The notes below the pieces were generated by a model. The model saw only the letters and a list, made by a program, of their open reading frames with translations, was not told the origin of the DNA and did not search any database. From Octopus sinensis (Eukaryota): a stretch of 64,000 bases of DNA. The stretch spans positions 10,602,001 to 10,666,000 of the forward strand of contig NC_043008.1 in assembly GCF_006345805.1 (NCBI RefSeq). The letters run 5' to 3'. Positions 25,101-35,400 of the stretch are shown here, piece after piece. The position numbers were made by a program, and so were the translations under genes. The number at the start of each line of letters is the position of its first letter. The first letter of the stretch is position 1.

Positions 25101-26431
25101 CAGAAGTCTTTTTGTCACTTAGCTTTTCGGTATTCAGATTTTTAATTTTGAGAATTTTTGTAAGAATTAATTCATCATACATACTATACTATAGGTTGTT
25201 TGTCAAGTTCTTGATTTGCTTCCTTTGGTATTTTTGATATAAATTGTTTTTGCTTTGTGTAAGTTTCAAATGGAACATTTGGTCATTTCTGACTAAATCC
25301 AGTAATAAATTGTTAATTCTTTTGTTACTGCTGAGAAACAGAAGAGCTCATTACACAGTTAATTGTGAGGTATTTATACTGCTATAGTATAACCTGTACA
25401 ATAATTGCCTGTTCTAAGCAATAGCAATTCAGAGATGATGAGCAACCTTTTATAATAGATTTGTCTCTTCAGTATGATGTTACAATGATGATAAAGACAC
25501 TGTTCATGGGAGAATGATGGCTTGTATATTTATTTGATACAAGAGTCATCTTAAAGTTAATAAAACATGATAAGTCATATTCTATGGTAAATGAATGATA
25601 TTAAAAGATTTTTTTTTTCAATTGAAATTATATTTTTTTATTTAATGGGATCTTACATTATTTTATTTAACTGCTCAGTCTTCCGAATAGCAATACATTT
25701 CTATTCATCCTTTACTGTGCAATCGAAATATTTCAACATATACGTCTACAATTTTGCAACCATTGTCTTATCATCTTTGTCGTTGCTTTTATGAACCAGT
25801 TAGAAATTAAATTTGTAAAGGTTAAAAAAAAAACATTTTTTTTAAGACTCATTTGTTTTCAAGTTTATCCACACAAATATATTTATTTTACTGTATATCA
25901 AATTATTTGATCAGATTACTTGGTTATTTTTAAAGCAGTTTTTATTGGTGTCTAATTATCAGGTGACTGGAAAAATAATCAAATAAAAGTAAAATATGTA
26001 ATTCTATTATTTGTTTGTTATCCTTTATCTAAAATATATTTTACATATGGAGGAAAATGGGATGTTCAGTACTACTGGTCTAAATTAACTCTTGCATGCT
26101 ATGTATTGATCATAATTCACACACATTGTGGTAACCTCTATGGAATAGAACCAGTGTAGGAACTTCTTTGGATTAGTTTAATTTTTATAGAAATAGTAAC
26201 TGCATTTCACTAAAATCACATCTACTGTTTTAATAAGGAAGACCACTATGAACAAAAAGATTATGGTTGGTCATGGCGGGAATGCCTTTAATCAGTAGGT
26301 ATGTTTTCTTAGGGCTAACCTAGAGAGAAACAGTAACAAGAACAATGTAACTTCATTCGTTCAAGAACTTTTTTTTTATATCAAACCAAGGATACACAAT
26401 TACACATGATTTTATATATATAAATATATAT

Positions 26432-26497
<66 letters not shown>

Positions 26498-29400
26498 GGA
26501 TGATGGACTTTCAGATTCCATCAACTAAATCCACTCACAAGGCTTTGATTGGCCCAGATCTGCTGGGATTGAACTTAATTACTACATGAGTGGGAAGCAA
26601 ACTTCCACATAACCAGTTATAAAATATTTGCACCAATAATTAAGAAAGATATAAATTAATAAAAGCAACCATACAACATGAAGATCATGGGAAAACTCAA
26701 TTTAAAGTGTTAGGTATATTCAGCTTCATGGTAATTTTACTGATTTGAATTTAACCTCTTAAACTCTGGAATGTCTTTGATCATAGTTCTACTTGATTGA
26801 GGATGATTTGGGGCCAAACAACCATCTATTTAGAAATAATAAAATATATTTCATATAGATTTATCAAAGTCTTTAGTAGAAAATCCTTCGAATTCTGACT
26901 CGCTGCTTGACAGAATGAAATTTGTATCCATTTTTTGTCAGAATTACAAATTTCGTAAACACAACAGGAACAAATTTGGAAAAAAATCTCCAAAAATTCA
27001 TGGAATTAAAATTACATGTCACTCGTTGTTCAAAACTGTAGATGAACTGTTTTCGAAGTATAATCATGTGTTTTCATGAATGTACTAACGAGACTTGCTC
27101 TGATATTCTCATTTAAATATGAATAGGTGATTACGGGTGGTTTTGGGCGGCTTGGTCACATGAACCAAAATTTTTTTCGGGCAGCTTTGGGCGGTTTGGT
27201 AACGAAAGGGTTAAACTCTGGAATGTCTTTGATCATAGGTCTACTTGACTGAGGATGATTTGGAGCCAAACAACAATCTATTTAGAAATAATAAAATATA
27301 TTTCAGTTGATAAGTTTCTCACTGGTGTATTTTTCTTTTTACATATATGAAAAGAGCAATAATTAGTTACACTGTTGCACAAATACTTGTTTTCTCCTCA
27401 GTTAACTTGTTCAATATATGAACGTAAAAATATAGTTACTCTATTAATCACACATGTTTGATCCCTTTTCTATGGTTACCTGGAAGCTGTGTTTCATAAT
27501 GCAATAACTTTGTTACATTTCACCTATATAAGTATCCACATACACATTAGCAACATGAAGGACATCTGGTTGTAGATATGTATTCACCTGATTCATGCTA
27601 GCATGGAAAAATGGATTTAAAGTTAATGCATGGGTGTATCCCCCCAAATTATTTTTCACTGTGTCAAACTCTGTTCCCATGACTAATTTTCCATTACAGT
27701 AATTTCACTCTTACACACTTACCTACCGGATGCACCTTTTCCATTCCTGTCTCCTGTTTCTCTTTTTCATATTCGCCTTATACTTTGACCTCACATCTCT
27801 CCCTCTCTTTTCTCAGATAGGGAAGCCATATATTCACCTCTTCAGCACATGGCAATGGATGACAATCAAATAGCCAATGCTATTAGCATATCCTTTGAAA
27901 GAGTTTTGAATTTTCTGCACAATGAACTTGGCATGACAAAGGCTTCTGCTCAGTGGTTGCCACATCTTCTGACACCTGATCAAAAGTGCACTAGGCTGAT
28001 CACATCATGGGGAAATCTGGCATTGTTTGAGGCAGATCCAGTTGATTTCCTTGAACGTTTCCTAAGCCAGGATGAATGTTAGGTTCTTTACTTTAAACCA
28101 GAGACAATGAATCAATCCATGTAGTGGAAACACTCCTCACCTGGTCCAGAGAAAGCCAAGGTCGTTTCATCTGCAGGGAAGGTTATGACCTAAGGCATTT
28201 TATCTATTAATTATCTTCAGAAGGGTCAGACCATTAATGGAGAGTAAGTACTATGTCAACTTGCTGAGGCAGTTACAAACGGTTATGAAGAGCAAATGTC
28301 CAGGAAAATTGACAAAAAGGTTTTTGTTTCATGAAGACAAGCTTCCAGCACACAAATCCAGGTGGCTGTTGTGCATGACTGTGGCTTTAAACTAGTTGAT
28401 CACCCTCTCTATTCTCTTGATTTGGCCCTGTCTAACTGTCATCTGTTCCCCAATATGAACAAAGACTTGAGAACCAGTATTGCAGTGATGATGGCATCAT
28501 ATCTGCTGTTGATGACCCTTTTGACTGGCAGGATGAAAGCTTCTTCACTAATGGAATCCAAGCACTGCAACATTGATGGAAGAAGTGTGTGGACTACAAG
28601 GAGACTATGTTGAGAAATAAACCTTATTTGGTCAGCCTATAAACATTTTTAAGCCAACACATGTACATTAGTGTTTCTGTGTGTCTATACATTGATGTTG
28701 CTGTGTGTGAGTTGAGAGATATTTGGCTGCTATTTTTGTCGTGTCTAGCTACCATATAGAAAGTCTACTGTAGGCTCAGACATACATGCATACATATATA
28801 TACATGAGACAACAGGGTGTTATTTGAGGAAAAGTTGTTGGCCATTTCTATTAGGTATAAATGGTCTGCTGCTGGAGAATGTGTGATTGTAGCAAGATTT
28901 GGTTGATTATTTCTAACTTGAGTGTCACTATCATAAGCTGAGTCATATCCAATGTTCTGCGATAACATGTCTCACTTTGGAGAAATATTACTTTGCCTGG
29001 AAACATGAGGATCGGTGACTGGAAGGGCATCTGGCCATAGAAAATCTGCCTCAATAAACCTTGTCAGAGCCATGCAAGAATGGACAAGTGGATGTTAAAA
29101 TGATGAGATATATATATATACCTATATCATCATCATCATCATCATCATTTAACGTCCGCTTTCCATGCTAGCATGGGTTGGACGGTTCAACTGGGGTCTG
29201 GGGAGCCCGAAAGCTGCACCAGTCCAGTCAGATCTGGCAGTGTTTCTACAGCTGGATGCCCTTCCTAACGCCAACCACTCCGAGAGTGTAGTGGGTGATT
29301 TTATGTGCCACCGACACAGATGCCAGACGAGGCTGGCAAACGGCCACGCTCGGATGGTGTTTTTTATGTGCCACCGACACAGGTGCCAGACGAGGCTGGC

Positions 29401-32400
29401 AGACGGCCACGCTCGGATGGTGTTTTTATGTGCCACCGACACAGGTGCCAGATGAGGCTGGCAAAACGGCCACGATCGGATGGTGCTTGTTACGTGCCCA
29501 CAGCACGGAGGCCAGTCGATGCGGTACTGGCTACGGCCATGTTCGGATGGTTTTCTTGTGTGCCACGTGCCACCGGCACTGGTACCACAAGGATACAAAT
29601 TCCATTGATGTTCATCTATTTTGATTTGTTTTGATTTGATTTTCACTTGCCTCAACAGGTCTTCACAAGTGTCACAAGAAGGAAGGTATGCACAGGTGGA
29701 CTGACTACGTCCCAGGTAGGGGCCATGGGTTATGGCCTGACTAGTCTTGCCGGGTCTTCGGATGGTGTTTTTATGTGCCACCGACACAGGTGCTAGATGA
29801 GGCTGGCGAACGGCCACGATCGGATGGGGTTTGTCATGTGCCCACCGCACTGACTACAGCACTGATAGATTTCTTGTGTGCCACAGGCACTGGTACCACA
29901 AGATACAAATTCCATTGATGTTCATCTATTTGTCTATTTTGATTTGATTTGATTTTCACTTGCCTCAACCGGTCTTCACAGGTGTCACAAGAGGAAGGTA
30001 TGCACAGGTGGACTGACTAGTCTTGCCGGGTCTTCGGAAGGTGTTTTTATGTGCCACCGACACAGGTGCCAGATGAGGCTGGCGAACGGCCATGATCGGA
30101 TGGTGTTTGTTACGTGCCCACAGCACGGAGGCCGGTCGATGCGGAACTGGCTACGGCCACGTTCGGATGGTTCTCTTGTGTGCCACCGGCACTGGTACCA
30201 CAAAGATACAGATTCCATTGATGTTCATCTATTTTGATTTGTATACACACAAAAATGCTGGTATGAAAATATACCTAAAAAAATTCATATTATTTGAAAA
30301 TATTATTGAATATTTGAATACATTATCTGAATATATTTGTTATATTTGAATAATAATAATTGAATAAAATTTGAATATTTGAATACATTATTTGAATATA
30401 CATAATTCATCATCATCGTTTAATGTCATATACATTATTTGAAGCAGTTTAATATGGTGAGATAAACAGTGGTCTTGTCTATATTTTGAATGATTGTAAT
30501 CGAGATCTGATGCCATTTGGGTAATTTCACATCATGGACAAACATAATTAATGACGTTGCCCATCAACTCCTCAGAAGGAGGTTTTCAAACTCTTTATAA
30601 TAGCCCATGTATTAAGCTTAAATCTCTCTCTCTCTCTGAAGAAGGGCTTTATTGAAACTACAGTATTCAAATCATTTATGAGTATACAAATCTATTACAA
30701 GTTTGTAAACTTTATTAAATAAATTTTGGTAATTCAGACCATCATTAATTTTGGACTATACACACACACACACTCACTTTTGAATTTCTTAAATGAGGAA
30801 TTATTATTATTATACACTGATAGTGTTGGCCAATGGTCTTCATCTTGTATGTTAGAGTTGCAATGTTTCTCATGCCTTCTTCAAGGAGTCTGTCATATTT
30901 GAAAATGTTCTCAGAATTTAAAACCAAACGCTTTATTAAATCCATGAGAGAGGAATATCCCTGGGATAAATAGCAGGATGAGAACAATTTACCCTTATGG
31001 ATTTAATAAATTTCAGGAATATTTCTGAATATGACAGGCATCTGAAAAGGTGGAAGGTACAATGAGTGAAACCTCACTTTAACAACCAGTCGCTTTCCTA
31101 GCAAATACATCCCTGAAATTCATATATAAACTTCCTCAAATACTGTGAAGGTTTGTCGATGGCTACTGTGTCCAAATTTCTGGACATCACTGTGAAATCA
31201 TGGTATGAAAATAACATTGAGCATCCAACCCATTCCAGAATGGATGATAGGCACTGCTCTTTTCTAAAATATTTTTTGTTGAAATTAAATCACAAGATCT
31301 ACTCAAGATGACCTTTTCCTACAGTGCAGATTTGATGAGGTTGACTTTGCAGTTAATCCTTCTGGGATCGATAAAATACATACCAGTCAAATATTAAAGT
31401 CAATATGATTCACTGTTCCCTCTCCACAAAATTTGCGGCTTTGTACCTAATTCCAAAACCATTATAAAAGTGGTGTGGTGTTGCAGAAATGGTATTAAAT
31501 GCTGATTAGCTTTTAGTGTTGTCCTTGTCCCAGGTTCAAATCCTGCTGTGGTGCTTTGTGAACAAACCATCATCATCATCATCATCATCATTTAACGTCC
31601 GTTTTCCATGCTAGCATGGGTTGGCCGTGAAAAAGAATTCTTGTGCATCGGCCGGGAATGCACAAGGATTTTTTTTCATCCAACCCATGCTAGCATGGAA
31701 AACGGATGTTAAACAATGATGATGATGACGCTTTGTTTATGAAGCACCCACCGCAGCAGGATTTGAGGTCAATATAATTGACTGTTCCCTCCTCCAAAAT
31801 TTGAGGCCTTGCACCTATATAAGAAAGGATTATTATAGCTACAGAGATAAAGGGATGACTGCTTGCTATTGGCTTTGGTTATTGTTGCAGTTTCTTCTTG
31901 TTTCAGATCTGGTCGTACATCAACATTACCAAGTACAAGTTACGGTGGTTCTCAGTCTCAGGATGGCAGCCGCCAGTCTACTTTAGCATTCTCTCCAGAT
32001 AGTAACCAAGTAAATAGTACCCAAAATGGGAACAGTCAAATGGTGAATGGGCAACAACCTATTCATGACGATGACCCTCCAATTACAAAACGAGAACCTG
32101 CTGAAAATAGTATAGAACAGTAAGTAAATTCATTTAAAAATGTATGTTTTTTATTTTTTTTTTTGCCTGATAGAATAATTTTGTAAAAACTCAATGGTGG
32201 ATTTCTGATCACAACGGGTTTTTTTTCTAGGACAGTAGTTTTAGTTTCGGTTTATCAGAAATGGCCACTGCCATAAACCACAATGACTGTAGTAAAATTG
32301 ATATTAACCTGTTGTTGGCAATATTCATTTCTTCTTCAAATGAAGCAAATCATTGCTATTTTGTAGCATGAATTGTGTTTTGTTGAACGATGCACTGTAA

Positions 32401-35400
32401 TATTAGTGTATATAATATTAGGGCGGTGAGCTGGCAGAAGCGTTAGCACGCCGGGCGAAATGCTTAGAAGTATTTCGTCTGTCGCTACGTTCTGAGTTCA
32501 AATTCCACCGAGGTCGACTTTGCCTTTCATCCTTTCGGGGTCGATAAATTAAGTACCAGTTACGCACTGGGGTCAATACAATCGACTTAATCCCTTTGTC
32601 TGTCCTTGTTTGTCTCCTCTGTGTTTAGCCCCTTGTGGGTAATAAAGAAATAGGTATTTCGTCTGTCGCTACGTTCTGTGTTCAAATTCCGCCGAGGTCG
32701 ACTTTGCCTTTCTTCCTTTCGGGGTCGATAAATTAAGTACCAGTTACGCACTGGGGTCAATGTAGCCGACTTAATCCGTTTGTCTGTCCTTGTTTGTCCC
32801 TTCTGTGTTTAGCCCCTTGTGGGTAGTATAGAAATAGATACACTGTAATATTAGAATTATTGCATTCTGACTGTCAGTTTGCCTGGTTGATGAATTTTGA
32901 CAATTTAAGCAGGCATTAGCGTCTCTGGTAACTAGTCAAGGCCACAAAGAGAAAGATGAGCTTCATAACAATAAGGATAAACTACTATAACTAGATGTGA
33001 TAGGGTGCTCTTTGCAAGAGTCAAGTTCATGTACGGACACATACCTGGAGATGTTTCTTACCCACTTGATATAGTGAAAGCTTCAATTCCATCTCACCTG
33101 TTTAGAATGATTTTACCTCAGAAGCAGACTATGTCTGACAGCATGCCAATGAGGAAGCCTGTGTGTGGTTAGTTGTCATGCTAGAAATACTCACCAAATC
33201 TGTTTAATCATCCAACCAGCTTAAAAAGGAGACCACATTGGATAAGGTGGACCTAGAAATACTATGCCTCAGGAAACGATAGGGTGGTCGTGATTGGAAT
33301 ATCTTTGATCATAGGTCTGTTCCATCAGGGTTAACCTTAAACCTGTGATTCATGGACACAGTCTAATTACTGAAACAAAAGATAAAGGGTAAAGTTAGCT
33401 ACACAACATTGTTAGAGTCTGTTTAGAAAGTCAAGTGTGACGCCATGATTGCAAGACACCAGCAACAAAGAGGGTCTTGAACCTCTATAAGGAAGAAATT
33501 ACAACCGTGTTTCGTGGTCTGCTACCACAACAGCTCCTTTATAGGATCCAGTTAGCTCAAGACATCATCAGGAGGGGCCACGTCCGGTTTCGGCCCCTAC
33601 TCCTCTACTGTTTTGACGTGGCGGGGCCCCCTCTTTCGGAGGTGTCTTCAGCTCTGGTGTTGGGTGCATGTCTTCTTTCTTCTGTTCCCTGGCCTCTTCG
33701 ATGTAGTGTCAGCGAACCATGTTGCTTAAGGTTAAATTTGTCTTTGGACATTAATTTTTGTACAAATTTTGTTGATTTGTTTGGGCCATAATTGATATAA
33801 AGAAATAATGTGAACCAGGGCTGTGAAAAGGATGTATATCATTAAGTTAAATGGCTCCATCTTATAAGTATATGTGGATAGGTTTAATCTCTCATTCTTA
33901 GTGAATATACACTTAAAACATTAAATATGAATGATTGGGTGCAACAGCTGAATAAGTACAGAATTGTGAAGTTAAGGTCATGGAGTACTTGGGATATTGT
34001 CAGAAGTTTAAAACTATCTTTTCTTTTTTACTTGTATCTCTCACAATAAAGTGGTCGCATGTAAACTGATATCTCAAAATCTCTGTAGGTGGTTAACGAA
34101 AATCGGATTACAGGCATATATTGATAATTTTCATCAGAAAGGTTTACATAATATGTTCCAGCTGGATGATTTTTCACTTGAGGTAAGATTTTGTACAATG
34201 TTCTTTATATTTTTTTGTTGATTTTTTTTTTCCTTTTTCTTTTTTTCAGTTAATGACAGCTGATCAGTTTATATCACTTTGTCTTGCTTGCAGCAGTTTT
34301 TAGTTCAGGAAATATCTTCAGAATATCTTCAACTTAGATAGCAAAAGTGTTGGGGTCTTTGATAAACACACTCGGCCTGCTTCATCATTTCATTTGTGAA
34401 AGCTGAAATTGTAAATATTGAAAGAAGCTCTTGGCCCAGAAATTCATTTTCACTCATGCTGTCGGGTCTGTTTCATTTCATTTCACTTGTAGGGACTAAA
34501 GCTGATAATGAGTAGAAAAAAAAAACCCCCTCCAAAATCTCTGAGTTTTATAATAGAATTTACTGAGTGTTGATTTACAATAAACTTATCTGCTCTGTGT
34601 TGTAGCAGTTGATAATAGGAAGAACATCAAATCAGGAAGATTAATGCCTAAGCCTCAAGCAAAACGATGTGGTTGAAAATTTTCTAAATGTGGCCAGCAG
34701 GATCAACAGAGTCTACAGAAGGGTGTACTGATGCTGAGAGCATTATGGGTTCAGGTCTAGAAGATAACTACATTTAACCCTTTCGTTACCATATTTATTT
34801 TGAGATGCTCTATGCTTCTTTCAATTACTTTTAAATATAACAAAGAATTTAGTAAAATAACTTAGTTATCATTAAGCTAGTGTTAGGAACATAAATTGTG
34901 ACTAAGGTTTGGTGGAAGATTTTAATTCAGAGCTTTTGAAAGCAAGACATTTGTACTACAGAGCTGGAGGCAGTTTCAGCTGGGTTTGTATCAAAAGGGT
35001 TAAAACCTCTCCACCTAATGCCAACTTGGAAAATTAGGAAACTAATGAGGAATTTTAAAATGTTTGTTATATCATTGCAATTAAACACATTTTTAATTCT
35101 CTATATTGCTTGTTTTCTTGAGTTAATTGGATCTGAATCTCATCACTTTTTTATTAATGAGGTCGCCTGTAAGCTTTTCGTTTTATGTGTGTATTTGTGA
35201 CTAGAATCCATATAGTGTATTACTGGTATAGCCGTAGTAGGATAGATGGCAAAATGAATCTTAGTAATATTGTACTTGGAAATAGATAGTAGGTTTTCTC
35301 AAAACAACTTGTCCGACCGTCCCATAGGCCTCCCCTTTGAGAAACACTGATTTAACGTAAATTTGAGACACCAGCAAAAGAAGAAATAAAGATATTGATT

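Noticed and set aside
20870-26400. Apparent repeat-free 5.5-kb block suggesting a very long conserved UTR
   Set aside because: Closer reading found an hAT-like MITE (23009-23255) and an RTE relic (23650-23915), so only about 20870-23000 is repeat-poor.
29149-30349. 233-aa and neighbouring ORFs with repeated CRWHIK / VPPTQVP motifs
   Set aside because: Produced by tandem repeats inside family C SINEs. The same peptides appear at every copy.
30780-31260. Possible decayed LINE coding fragment on the minus strand (ORF 30745-30987)
   Set aside because: Only vague resemblance to RT C-terminal motifs. It could not be assigned by eye.
31881-31891. Alternative acceptor ttgcag| 16 nt upstream of exon 31907
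   Set aside because: It shifts the frame of the SAM isoform. No support for its use.
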